DNA of 64,000 bases from an uncultured Verrucomicrobia subdivision 3 bacterium (GTDB lineage Bacteria > Verrucomicrobiota > Verrucomicrobiia > Limisphaerales > UBA11358). Shown here in pieces: positions 1-9,641 of this stretch. Positions within the stretch are counted from its first letter, which is position 1. Each line of letters begins with the position of its first letter. The DNA lies in assembly GCA_903858275.1 (NCBI GenBank), contig CAIOIC010000017.1:5930-69929 (forward strand), read 5' to 3'. A program made the translations under genes and the position numbers. The notes under the pieces are model-generated. The model was given only the letters and a program-made list of their open reading frames with translations, was not told the DNA's origin and made no database searches.

Positions 1-1106
1 CGGAATCCATCTTGCTTCAGCGCAGTGATGACGGGTTTGGCATTCGTGGCATCAAAAATGGGGAAGTAATCGCCACCGGTCCAGCGACGGTGATTTTCCC
101 AGCCGGCGAGCATGGCGACCACTGGACCATCAATCTTGTTACGGAACGTGCGGAGATGATCCTGGATTTTTGGATAGTATGAACCATTGCAAGCCCGAGC
201 GCCGTTGTAGGTGCGAACTTCGCAGACGTGGACATCAGGCCCATCTTTCAACCATGCCGGAATATCGGTCCGTTCGGCCAATTTTTTGGCGCACCAGCTT
301 TGCTGCACCGCCCAGTGTTTATATTGGTTAGCCGTGTCGTGCCATGTGCCCTGCGTCACGCCGAGTGCCACCGGATAAGGGTTTTGCCAATTCGTTGTTG
401 AGGTCACCGGCTTAAACTCGTGCCAGAAACGGTAGCCGTCCGGCTGCTTAAACACCGTAAAAGACATCGGATATCCCCTCGTGTCTCGGCTGGTCAAATA
501 CAAGCCCGCCGCGCGATCCTGATAGGCGATAAATTGCGCCGACAGGTTGCCCGGATAGTCGAGCGTCACACTCTGGCCATTTTTCCAGTTCGCCGCCGGA
601 TTCTCGATCAGTGTGCCCGCGTATGCCGGAAGCACGATGCCATCATCCTCTGCATTGCCCAACGCTGGAACCGCCAGCACCTGCGGAAACCGCACCGCTT
701 TGATTTGCCGCCCCGTTTTGTTGCCGATTCGGATGGTCCACAGTGTTTGTGGATTATCATCCGAACACGTCACCATAACTTCAACCGTCAGATTGCCGGC
801 GGGAAACTTTCCATACCGCAACATGACCTTGCCGCCTTCCGCGCTGATGTTTGATTCAATTGCCTGAGAACTTTCGATTGTCGTCGGACCTCCATCCGCT
901 GGTGTGAGCAGAATTGAAAAAAGGTTTTTGTTCGCCGGACCGGCAACCACCGCCTGGCCACTGCTCTTATGCACCAGCTTTTCAATAAATGGCGCGGGCG
1001 TTCTTCCCAGTTCTAGTTGTAAAAAACGATTTTCGAGCTTAACAATGTCCGCACTTTGCGCAGTGACGCATAGAGTGATAAATAAAAGAAATGTTATTTT
1101 TTTCAT
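1..1106 (-). CDS. exported hypothetical protein, N-terminal 368 codons only (runs off window start); possibly an uncharacterised glycoside-hydrolase-like protein
   Basis: ATG at 1106 (rc reads ATGAAAAAAATAACATTTCTT...) opens a stop-free minus-strand frame down to base 1. It begins MKKITFLLFITLCVTAQSADIVKLENRFLQLELG..., a typical signal peptide. It is absent from the ORF track because there is no stop in the window. The functional guess rests only on the carbohydrate-active neighbours. Confidence 0.6.
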   Translation of the reverse strand, partial: MKKITFLLFITLCVTAQSADIVKLENRFLQLELGRTPAPFIEKLVHKSSGQAVVAGPANKNLFSILLTPADGGPTTIESSQAIESNISAEGGKVMLRYGKFPAGNLTVEVMVTCSDDNPQTLWTIRIGNKTGRQIKAVRFPQVLAVPALGNAEDDGIVLPAYAGTLIENPAANWKNGQSVTLDYPGNLSAQFIAYQDRAAGLYLTSRDTRGYPMSFTVFKQPDGYRFWHEFKPVTSTTNWQNPYPVALGVTQGTWHDTANQYKHWAVQQSWCAKKLAERTDIPAWLKDGPDVHVCEVRTYNGARACNGSYYPKIQDHLRTFRNKIDGPVVAMLAGWENHRRWTGGDYFPIFDATNAKPVITALKQDGF

Positions 1107-1229
1107 AGGGCTTTTTCTGTCAAAAAATGTGACGGGCGTAAATGCGGTTGACTTCCCTTGATCCAGTTCGTGTCATCACTCTGGACAACATTCATCCTCG
1201 GCTGGCATTTAATAACTTCACCCTTGTGG

Positions 1230-2825
1230 TCAATGGGACGTTTCAGTGTCAGTCCTGAACGGAGAAGCCGGCAGGCCTTCTTTGTTGTATAGGTTGCCGA
1301 TGGGATTCATGGCCCAGTCATAGCGAATCGCCGTCGGCTCTGCCACTTGCTGACTGGAGACAACGACCTCGTTGCCTTCGATTTTGGCATCTGCCCAGAC
1401 GAATTTCCCGTCCTTGCCGGCGATGGCAAACCCTTTCACGTCGCCGTTCTTGGCCATCAGACCGCCATCGGCATGGTCGAAGCTTAACCGCGCTTTGTTC
1501 CCCGCAATCTTAAATCCGGAATAGATGGGGCCAGAATAGCTTGCGACTTTTTCATTATAAACTTTAGCTAGGGCGATGAGCGAGAGCCGACGGCCGACTT
1601 CGCGCTTGTTGTGAGGGTGGACATCCTCGGGGTTTTCCGGGTCGGCGAGGTCGATGGCCGAAGCCATTCCAGTGTTGGTCAAGCCCAACGTCATGAGTTG
1701 CGCCTCACGGATGAAGGCAAATCCAGCCCAACCGCTTTCAACAGGTTGTTTTTGCACCGCCTGAAAGTTCGCCAGCTGGACAAAAAAGAATGGAAATTCT
1801 CCCTGGCTCCAACGACTGCGCCAGTCTTTGATCATGGCAGAGAAGAGGGTTTTGTAAGTTGATGAATTGCCGCTATTGGACTCGCCTTGATACCAGATGA
1901 CGCCTTTGATGCCGTAGGGAATCAACGGATTCACCATGGCATTAAAAATGGTGGCTGGCCGACGCGGACTGCTGGGACCATCCGGCGCACGCGGTTTTGC
2001 CGGGGCTGGCTTGCCTTCGGTTTTGGCTTTCCCAACGGCTTGCTGCCATTCGCGCAGGGTCTGCTCCGCATATTTTTTTTGCTCGCCGGGGAAATCCGCC
2101 AGTTTCTTGTCCCATGTTGCGAAAACGGGTTTCAGACTGGCGTTGGCTTCCAATGCGGTGCGGCTCGTCCACGCTTCGGCGGGAGTGCCGCCCCAAGAGG
2201 TGTGGATGATGCCAACCGGGACGTTCAATTTGCGCCGCAGTTCACTGGCGTAATAATAGGCGACCGCAGAAAACTTCCCGGCGTCCAGCGGCGTGGCGGC
2301 TTTCCAAGCGCCATCCGGCCCCGGAATCTTGTCAATGGTTCCGTCAGGTGAAATTTTCTTGGTGACGGTGAACATCCGTAACAATGGATCATTGGCCACC
2401 GCGATTTCCGCCTTCGCTTTGGGCCCGTAAACCGGGTCTATGGGCGAGAAAGTTTCCAGCGGGTATTCCATGTTGGATTGACCGGAGGCAATCCAAACCT
2501 CACCCACCGCAACATTGTGAACCACGACGGTATTTTTTCCCGAGACGGTGAGGTCGAACGGCCCGCCGGCTTTCAGGGCGGGAAGCCTTAGAATCCACCG
2601 GCCGGAATTGTCAGCGGTGGTCTTCGCCTGTTTGCCATTGAGACTCACAGCAATCGTTTCACCCGCGTCTGCCGTCCCCCAAATCGGGACATCCATGCCG
2701 TGCTGCAAAACTGCTCCATCGCTGAAGAGATTTGAGAGATGGACGTCCGCCAGCACGGTTGGGGCGAAAGAAAGCGCGCCAGCCGCGATGAGCAAAAATT
2801 GTTTTTGAGCGAAGGTGATTTTCAT
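1230..2825 (-). CDS. sialate O-acetylesterase-type carbohydrate esterase (SASA/DUF303 family), exported
   Basis: 531-aa ORF with signal peptide MKITFAQKQFLLIAAGALSFAPTVLA. Family-typical blocks GEVWIASGQSNMEYP and GVIWYQGESN are present. Confidence 0.85.
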   Translation of the reverse strand: MKITFAQKQFLLIAAGALSFAPTVLADVHLSNLFSDGAVLQHGMDVPIWGTADAGETIAVSLNGKQAKTTADNSGRWILRLPALKAGGPFDLTVSGKNTVVVHNVAVGEVWIASGQSNMEYPLETFSPIDPVYGPKAKAEIAVANDPLLRMFTVTKKISPDGTIDKIPGPDGAWKAATPLDAGKFSAVAYYYASELRRKLNVPVGIIHTSWGGTPAEAWTSRTALEANASLKPVFATWDKKLADFPGEQKKYAEQTLREWQQAVGKAKTEGKPAPAKPRAPDGPSSPRRPATIFNAMVNPLIPYGIKGVIWYQGESNSGNSSTYKTLFSAMIKDWRSRWSQGEFPFFFVQLANFQAVQKQPVESGWAGFAFIREAQLMTLGLTNTGMASAIDLADPENPEDVHPHNKREVGRRLSLIALAKVYNEKVASYSGPIYSGFKIAGNKARLSFDHADGGLMAKNGDVKGFAIAGKDGKFVWADAKIEGNEVVVSSQQVAEPTAIRYDWAMNPIGNLYNKEGLPASPFRTDTETSH

Positions 2826-2879
2826 CGGTTGTAGTTTGGCTGCTTGCCCGCCTTTTCAAAATCAGTCCATCCGTAAAAG

Positions 2880-5756
2880 TTATCGGCTTGCACTGATCGT
2901 GGCGTGCCAGAGTTGCGGAGATTGACCACCCTGCGAAGCGTTGGCGGGAAGTTGGATTTGGATGATTCCCGACTGGACTGTTGCGACCTGAACCGGTTGG
3001 TTATCGAGCGTGACCGCGACGCGACCAGACCATGTGGCGGGCAATTCCACCGCGCACTCCCGGCCGGCCAATGCGTAGATCCAAATCTCAACCCGCCGCG
3101 CATCGCCTTCGGATACAAACGACATCGTGTCGCTGCCGCTAGCCACCAAACCGGGCGCGGTCGCCCGAAAACCGTAGGCCGGCAACCCACGCCGTGATGT
3201 CGAACTAAGATTCGCCAGCAACTCGACCGGACCGTATTTTGCGCGAATCACGCCATCGTCGCCGGCGGCGGTGCTGCCTTGCTCGTGTTCAAAGGCTTTG
3301 ACCGGCTCGCCGACATACCGGGCGCAAATTGATTTCTGAATCCGGTCCAGCCAGCGTAGCCATTCGAGTTGTTGCGGTTCCTTAAGCGCGCGCGCCGAGG
3401 TCCGATAGCTCATATTGAAGCCGAGTCCCAGCGTCCAGCTAAGCACCGTTTGATTCATGACGAACTTGCCAAGGTCGTGGTGGCAGAACGCGACCTTGTC
3501 GAGCGCAACGCGCTGGGCGAACGGATAGAGTTCCCAGGTGCTCGGATGATAGAGCGTCTTCATCTCACGAACCCATGCCGGCCGTTGCCCCGGCACGAGC
3601 GCAAGCGTAAACCCGCACAACTGCGCTTCCGCGTTCACAACGCCATCCCAGCCGTCCTCGGTGGACAATGGTTTTATCTTGGCGTCTTCGGCAATCATTG
3701 CCAGCAGACCGGCAGTGTAGGCGTATGGCGTGGGCGAAGCGGGGTTCAAGTCGTATAGCCACTTGCGTGCGCCGCACTGATCTTGAAACAAAATATCCAC
3801 CGGATACTCCTCGGTGAATTGCCGGACCGTCCGGCGGTTTGCGGCGCGCACAGCGGGATGCCAGAACGTTGTCGTCCAACCGTCGTTCGCGTTGTATTGC
3901 TCATGCACCAGTTTTCCGTCCAGCCCGCGCACCAGCGGCGCATCGCCCGCCTCCACGAACGAAGGCCCGCGCGGATGGTCGCACCACCACGTCGGGTTTG
4001 TATATGGCATCAGCAAATGTCCCAGAGCCCGCGCCCGGTCATGAAATGCCCGCGTCGTTTCCGGCGTTCCGAAGGCCGGACGCGGCGGCAGATGGTCGGG
4101 ATACTCCTTGTCGAATCCGCCCTTGAGATAATCAGACCAGTGAATCAACGTCGGCAACGGCAGTTGATCGAGCGCCGCAAGTTTCTCCGCCGCTGAACCG
4201 TCGTATTTCACCAGCACCGACTGACGCAGTTTCGCAAACAGTTCCGGCGCCAGTTTTTCGCGCAACGTCCGGGTGATGCCATTCGCCGAACAATAGACCT
4301 GAATTTCTTCCTCCGCACTGCGGCCCAAAGCCAGTCGCACGAGCGGCGTGGTCCAGGTCTGTCCTGCGGGTACAAACGTGCCAAATGCCCGCTCGCACCA
4401 GCCGCCGCGCTCATCCCCGCCAAATGCCAAACGTCCTGGCACAAAAATCCCGGCGCGATCCAACGACTGAATCCGATACAGCGCCGCTTGGCCGGCGCGG
4501 GAATCGAGATGCAAGAAGTCTGAGAAAACTTGCGGGTAGGCGCTGGCATAATTTAAAAAACGCTCCGGCTGCAGCGCCGCGTAAAACGAATAACCGCCCA
4601 CCTCAAACCAGTTCCCGCCGCCGCGCACATATCGGCCAATCGTATCCACCGTTGCCGCGAGCGTTGCTTGCGCCGGAACCGGCAGCCATTCACCAAGGGG
4701 ATTTAGAATCGCTAGAAACTCGTGGCTGTTGGCCGCCGCCACCATTTGCTCCGCGCTCGTCAACTCGACCAACTCCAAGCGTTCGCTCTTTGCCAACCGC
4801 GCAAACCGTTCGCGCCAGTCGTGCACTGTCACCTCGGAGCCGGCACCGGACGACGGGCCGTTCAGTAAACTCACCAGGCCCAACTTCCGCCGCGTGCCGG
4901 GTGCCGATGCAACTTTGCGCAAGACCGATCCAACCATATCCAGCGCCGGCTGATAAATATTTTTGTCCACCGTGCCACCAAACCGCCAGAGCATCCCGGT
5001 TCCACCCAGATGACTCCCGGCAAAAAACGGCCCATTGGTCGAATCCAGTAAAACCACGTCAACTTGGTTCGACAACGAAGTGCGGTTCGCGCTCGCCACC
5101 GTCTTGGCGAGACGACGGGACAAATCTTCGCCAAACCATTTCTGCCCATCCGCCGTCACCGTCACCGGTATCGGCGGCGCGTGCAGGTCGCCCATCTTCA
5201 AACCGCGACCGAATAACTTTCGGTAGCCATCCGGCCCAGATGACTTCGACTTCCATGACGATGGACGGTTGGCGGGCTGCGGCTCAAAGAAAGCGTGATT
5301 GAATGCCGCGCCAACTCCGAGGTGCGGATCCAGCGGCGCGACAAATCGCTGAACTTGTGCCGGCGCAAACCGCAAGCGTGCCGGCAAGGCGATTTCCAGC
5401 ACGGTGTTGGAAGCCGGCGTTACCACAGCTTGAAATTCAAATCCCTCTTCCCGGCCGGCGACGATGACCACCACCGTGGCTTCCGCCGCGCGGAATGTCA
5501 TCTGTAGAGCGTTGCTGCCAGCATCGTGCTTGTAATTGAATTGTGAAGCATTGGTCGCGCTGAGCGTGCTGCCGTCGCGAAACCGAATTTGCCACAACCC
5601 CAATTCGCCGCTGCTAAAACCGCCGGCACGGACAATGGCGCCGTTTGTCGAATTGAACGAAATTTGCTGTCGTCCGCCATGCAGAACAATTTCACCGCCG
5701 GACGCGATGCCGGCAACTAACCCCAATGCCTGAAATAGAAAGTTTAAATTTCGCAT
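2880..5756 (-). CDS. large exported hypothetical protein (958 aa), possible novel glycosidase-like enzyme
   Basis: Long ORF with ATG at 5756 and signal peptide MRNLNFLFQALGLVAGIASG. I cannot assign any named-family motif. It sits between two esterase genes in the same orientation. Confidence 0.7.
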   Translation of the reverse strand: MRNLNFLFQALGLVAGIASGGEIVLHGGRQQISFNSTNGAIVRAGGFSSGELGLWQIRFRDGSTLSATNASQFNYKHDAGSNALQMTFRAAEATVVVIVAGREEGFEFQAVVTPASNTVLEIALPARLRFAPAQVQRFVAPLDPHLGVGAAFNHAFFEPQPANRPSSWKSKSSGPDGYRKLFGRGLKMGDLHAPPIPVTVTADGQKWFGEDLSRRLAKTVASANRTSLSNQVDVVLLDSTNGPFFAGSHLGGTGMLWRFGGTVDKNIYQPALDMVGSVLRKVASAPGTRRKLGLVSLLNGPSSGAGSEVTVHDWRERFARLAKSERLELVELTSAEQMVAAANSHEFLAILNPLGEWLPVPAQATLAATVDTIGRYVRGGGNWFEVGGYSFYAALQPERFLNYASAYPQVFSDFLHLDSRAGQAALYRIQSLDRAGIFVPGRLAFGGDERGGWCERAFGTFVPAGQTWTTPLVRLALGRSAEEEIQVYCSANGITRTLREKLAPELFAKLRQSVLVKYDGSAAEKLAALDQLPLPTLIHWSDYLKGGFDKEYPDHLPPRPAFGTPETTRAFHDRARALGHLLMPYTNPTWWCDHPRGPSFVEAGDAPLVRGLDGKLVHEQYNANDGWTTTFWHPAVRAANRRTVRQFTEEYPVDILFQDQCGARKWLYDLNPASPTPYAYTAGLLAMIAEDAKIKPLSTEDGWDGVVNAEAQLCGFTLALVPGQRPAWVREMKTLYHPSTWELYPFAQRVALDKVAFCHHDLGKFVMNQTVLSWTLGLGFNMSYRTSARALKEPQQLEWLRWLDRIQKSICARYVGEPVKAFEHEQGSTAAGDDGVIRAKYGPVELLANLSSTSRRGLPAYGFRATAPGLVASGSDTMSFVSEGDARRVEIWIYALAGRECAVELPATWSGRVAVTLDNQPVQVATVQSGIIQIQLPANASQGGQSPQLWHATISASR

Positions 5757-5785
5757 AGGTTGTCTAAATAAAAGTTGCTAGCGTA

Positions 5786-6766
5786 TCATTTGACTGGCTG
5801 AAAGGTTTTTAATGGGGTTCCGTTTGCGGAGAGCTCCTCGTAAGCGACTCGCTGCAGCGCTTTGGTTTGCCCGGTGGTAAATCCAAGCTCAACGGCTGCA
5901 CTTTCTTTGTCGCCCAAGGAACGCGGATCCAAGCCGGTGATGTCTCCAAAAATCATGAGCGCGGATAGATAATATCCATAACTGCTGGCGTGGTAATGAT
6001 CTTTAGTCCACAGATCAATTTGACCGGGCGTGATGCCATCATACGGATTCGGGTCGGCAATTTTTTCCGTGAAAGCGCGGTTCCAGGCTTCACCGGTGGG
6101 AACCACCCCGTGCACCAGCGGAGTTGCTGCTTTGGCCGAGTCGTAACCGGCGCGAACGTCTTCGGCCATTTTTTCGATTGGCGTGCCAAACCATGGCCCA
6201 GAACCTTTGTAAACCAAATCGGCGCGCGTCCAGGTGGCCACCAGCCAGATTTCCACCTTGGGATTTTTGTCATGCAACAGCTCGGCCATTTGCTTCGTGG
6301 ATTTCACCAGCAGGCCGGCATCACCGTGTTTGGCCTGATTCAGGGTGCTGTAGCCATGCATGACCACACAATCCCAAGGGCGGGCAATGACTGCGGTTTT
6401 ATTCGTGAGATGAAAATCCAAACCCTTGCCACCGACCGTCTCATGATTGACATCAAAATGCAGCCCCGCCTGTTCGGTGAAGCTCTTAAACAGAGCAGGA
6501 ACGCCACTCTTATTGGTTGTGCCGTTCAAATCCGTTACGGAATTAATGCGAAACCGCTGAACCGGCGACCCGGCTCCGAACGTAAAACTGTTGCCGATGA
6601 AAAGAATCTTTTTGCCGCCCGCCCGAACCGTTACCCCCGCCCCATTCGCGGCCGCCGGAAAAGCGGCGACGTTAGAGATTGTGTCGTTCCCCGTGGTGCG
6701 GACATTTTCTCCAACGACGTGAACAATACTCGCAACGAGCGCGAGTAAGGCGAAGATTCGGTTCAT
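5786..6766 (-). CDS. exported SGNH/GDSL-type hydrolase (DUF4886-like esterase)
   Basis: 326-aa ORF with a signal peptide. Block I ILFIGNSFTFG carries the Ser nucleophile, and a C-terminal DHYH supplies the Asp-x-x-His catalytic pair. Confidence 0.6.
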   Translation of the reverse strand: MNRIFALLALVASIVHVVGENVRTTGNDTISNVAAFPAAANGAGVTVRAGGKKILFIGNSFTFGAGSPVQRFRINSVTDLNGTTNKSGVPALFKSFTEQAGLHFDVNHETVGGKGLDFHLTNKTAVIARPWDCVVMHGYSTLNQAKHGDAGLLVKSTKQMAELLHDKNPKVEIWLVATWTRADLVYKGSGPWFGTPIEKMAEDVRAGYDSAKAATPLVHGVVPTGEAWNRAFTEKIADPNPYDGITPGQIDLWTKDHYHASSYGYYLSALMIFGDITGLDPRSLGDKESAAVELGFTTGQTKALQRVAYEELSANGTPLKTFQPVK

Positions 6767-6911
6767 AATTTTGCTCTAACTACAACGGTTTCAATCAACA
6801 TTGGCACAAATGCCAAATCGGCAGGGCCGGCCTGGCGCCCAGCCTTCCGCCGTGTCTCAAGGACACAAACGCGGCTTGTCGCAAGCCGTGAAACCTTGTT
6901 TGAAACCGCTT

Positions 6912-7754
6912 TTACTTCGCGTGGGCTTTAACGAAGTCAATGTTGGCGCGGACTTTTGGCACGCTGTTCGTCCAGTCGTTTTCGTGCTCGACAGAAATGT
7001 GGCCGTCAAATTTCTGCTTCTTTAGTTCCTCGAGACAGGCAGCAACATCCACCACGCCTTGGCCGGCCACCACCACGGGGGCTTTGCCAAAGGCGGCTTT
7101 GTCCTTGAGGTGAACGCTAATGATGCGGCCATTGAGGATGCGGAGACATTCGACGGGCTTGAGCTCGGAGGTGCACCAGTGGCCGAGGTCGGCGCAGGCG
7201 CCCACGCGGAGATCGCGGCTTTCCACAACGCCGAGAATGTAGAGCGGATTCCAGACTTTATACTTGGGGTTGCTCATCGAGCCGCCGTGTTCGTGGAAGG
7301 CCACCTTGAGATCAAACTCCTTGGCGTTGGTTTCCCACGCGACGATTTGTTCGGTGGCTTCCGTGCAAACCGAATACAGTTCCATCTTCTTGGCGAAACT
7401 CATGATGGCACGGACGTCCTCGGGGTTCTTGGCTGCAATAACACCGTAATTCACGGGGCGGACGCCTTGGCGGGCGCACTCGGCCTTGAGTTCAGCCATC
7501 GCGGCTGCCGACATGGTGTGGTGAACCTTATTCGTCGAGCCGGGCTTGAGAATCTGGCCGGGGTAGAACTCGATGACATTGCCGCCCGCTTCCTTGGTCT
7601 TAGCGATGGCCTCGAACGCGCTGAATTCCTTGAAGGTGTAAGCCTGCGCACCGATGAACCAGCCGTTTTGGCGGAGATTTTCCGGAATCGGGTCGGCTTG
7701 AAGGTTGGTGGCCAGAGCGAGGGCGATCAAGGGTAGGTAGCAAGTGTATTTCAT
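6912..7754 (-). CDS. exported sugar phosphate isomerase/epimerase (xylose-isomerase-like TIM barrel)
   Basis: 280-aa ORF with signal peptide MKYTCYLPLIALALATNLQA. Pattern VAFHEHGG ... ADLGHW ... ISVHLKD ... ISVEHEN is typical of this metal-dependent TIM-barrel family. Confidence 0.7.
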   Translation of the reverse strand: MKYTCYLPLIALALATNLQADPIPENLRQNGWFIGAQAYTFKEFSAFEAIAKTKEAGGNVIEFYPGQILKPGSTNKVHHTMSAAAMAELKAECARQGVRPVNYGVIAAKNPEDVRAIMSFAKKMELYSVCTEATEQIVAWETNAKEFDLKVAFHEHGGSMSNPKYKVWNPLYILGVVESRDLRVGACADLGHWCTSELKPVECLRILNGRIISVHLKDKAAFGKAPVVVAGQGVVDVAACLEELKKQKFDGHISVEHENDWTNSVPKVRANIDFVKAHAK

Positions 7755-7801
7755 AATCAGATTTTTGGGAATTGAAGCACTGGTATATCAATTTGTTTTC
7801 T

Positions 7802-8116
7802 TTAATCAAGATGGAAAACCTCGCGCAACGGACTGGTGACGGGCGAATGATCGGGGTTAGTCTCCATCAGTGGCGCCATGTAATCCCACCATTTGCGAAC
7901 AATGGGTGACGCCGGCAAGGCGGCGGCCGTGTTGTCATCCTTCATCTTTTGCACCGCAAACAGCACGCGTGTCTCTTCCTCGAGATAAATTGAGTAATCA
8001 GAAATTCCTGCCGCTTTCAATTCTGCCGCCAGTTCCGGCCAGATTTCGTCGTGCCGTTTTTTATATTCTGCGGCGACACCTGGTTTCAATTTCATCCGGA
8101 AAGCGATTTGATTCAT
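7802..8116 (-). CDS. rhaM: L-rhamnose mutarotase
   Basis: 104 aa from ATG 8116: MNQIAFRMKLKPGVAAEYKKRHDEIWPELAAELKAAGISDYSIYL... This is the full-length family pattern as I recall it. The track ORF start at 8149 is a TTG that adds 11 aa. Confidence 0.85.
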   Translation of the reverse strand: MNQIAFRMKLKPGVAAEYKKRHDEIWPELAAELKAAGISDYSIYLEEETRVLFAVQKMKDDNTAAALPASPIVRKWWDYMAPLMETNPDHSPVTSPLREVFHLD

Positions 8117-8265
8117 AGCGAAAGAGCCTAGCGAAGCAAGCAGGGGCAAGTCATCTTCAAAACATATTCCCGGTGGCGATTTGCTTCCTCGCTGACCAAG
8201 CGGTCGCGCAATCGACTCCGTTTTTCATTTCCCGCCGCGTTATTCTGCGGCATCCTGTTATCAAT

Positions 8266-8769
8266 ATGGGAAAACGACGCGAAGCGCGCGAACGCGCAGT
8301 TCAATTTTTGTTTCAGCACGACCTGAATCCGCCCGCCGACCTCGAACTCGAGCTGGCGACATTCTGGAATTCTCAGCGCGCGGCCGCCATCGATGATGAG
8401 AAGTCCGGCATGGCCAAGTGGGGCGAGAATATTGAACTCCCGCCGCCAACCGTGGAGGAAGCGGAGACGCGGTTGTTTGCCGAGCCGCTCATCAAGGGCG
8501 TGCTCCAGCACCGCGATGCGATTGACGAGCACATCAAAAAGCACGCGAAGAACTGGGACTTCCACCGCATCGCCGTCGTGGACCGCAATGTCATGCGGCT
8601 TGCGATTTACGAAATGCTCCATCGTGAGGATATCCCGCCGGTCGTCAGCATCAACGAGGCAGTGGACATCGCGAAGAAATTCTCCACGGAAGACAGCGGC
8701 AAGTTTGTGAACGGCATCCTTGACAAAGTGCGCGGTGAAATTCTCCGGCCGGCCCGCCAGCCGAAATGA
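8266..8769 (+). CDS. nusB: transcription antitermination factor NusB
   Basis: ATG at 8266 gives MGKRREARERAVQFLFQHDLN..., with a later DRNVMRLAIYEML block. The upstream part of track ORF 8173 has no NusB-like sequence. Confidence 0.9.
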   Translation: MGKRREARERAVQFLFQHDLNPPADLELELATFWNSQRAAAIDDEKSGMAKWGENIELPPPTVEEAETRLFAEPLIKGVLQHRDAIDEHIKKHAKNWDFHRIAVVDRNVMRLAIYEMLHREDIPPVVSINEAVDIAKKFSTEDSGKFVNGILDKVRGEILRPARQPK

Positions 8770-9611
8770 AATTTGCCGATTTACATCTGCACACCCAGTT
8801 TTCCGACGGGACGTTCACGCCGGAGGAATTGGTGCTGCGCGCGCAGAAAGCCGGCCTCGCGTGCATCGCGCTGACCGACCACGATTCGGTCGAGGGCTGC
8901 GGCCGTGCGGCGGTGGCGTGCGCGGCGGTGAAAATGGAGTTTATTTCCGGCTCTGAGCTCACGGCCGAGCACAAAGACACCGAGGTTCACGTCCTGGGTT
9001 ATTTTCTCGACACCGAAAATCAAACACTGCTTGAGCGGATCAACAAATTTCAAGCTGTTCGGCAGAGTCGCATCAGCGAAATGTGCGCCGCGTTGAACAA
9101 GCTCGGAATCCCTCTCAAGGCCGAATCCGTTTTTGCACTCGCCAGCTGCAAATCGCCGGGTCGCCCACACGTCGCGCGCGCGATGGTGAAGGAAAAGTTG
9201 ATCAAAAATTTGGACGAGGCGTTTGAGCGCTTTCTGAAAAAAGGCCGTCCCGCGTGGGTGCCCAAGACCAAGATGTCCGCGCTCGAAAGCATCGAGTTGA
9301 TTCATCAGGCCGGCGGGCTCGCCGTGATGGCGCACCCGGGATTAAACCGCACGGACGACATCATTCCCGACCTCGTGGATGCCGGCATGGATGGCATCGA
9401 ATGTTTTCACACGAAACATTCCACCGTGATGAGCGAACGCTATCTGGAAATTGCGGAAAAATACCATCTCCTCGTCACCGGGGGCAGCGACTGCCACGGC
9501 TTCAGCAAAAAAGCCCCGCTCATCGGCACGGTCAAGCTGCCCTACGAACACGTCGAGAGAATGAGAGCCGCCAAAGAAAATGCCGACGAAAAGCGCGGCG
9601 GCGGCAAATAA
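8766..9611 (+). CDS. PHP-domain metal-dependent phosphoesterase (TrpH/YciV-like)
   Basis: MKFADLHLHTQFSDGT N-terminus, ALTDHDS, and a C-terminal GGSDCHG. The ATG overlaps the nusB stop (ATGA at 8766-8769). Confidence 0.8.
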   Translation: MKFADLHLHTQFSDGTFTPEELVLRAQKAGLACIALTDHDSVEGCGRAAVACAAVKMEFISGSELTAEHKDTEVHVLGYFLDTENQTLLERINKFQAVRQSRISEMCAALNKLGIPLKAESVFALASCKSPGRPHVARAMVKEKLIKNLDEAFERFLKKGRPAWVPKTKMSALESIELIHQAGGLAVMAHPGLNRTDDIIPDLVDAGMDGIECFHTKHSTVMSERYLEIAEKYHLLVTGGSDCHGFSKKAPLIGTVKLPYEHVERMRAAKENADEKRGGGK

Positions 9612-9641
9612 CTTCTGCATTCTTAATCCTTCCTTCAGCAC

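Noticed and set aside
8128-8622. 164-aa minus-strand ORF opposite nusB
   Set aside because: It is antisense to a well-supported nusB and has no motifs.
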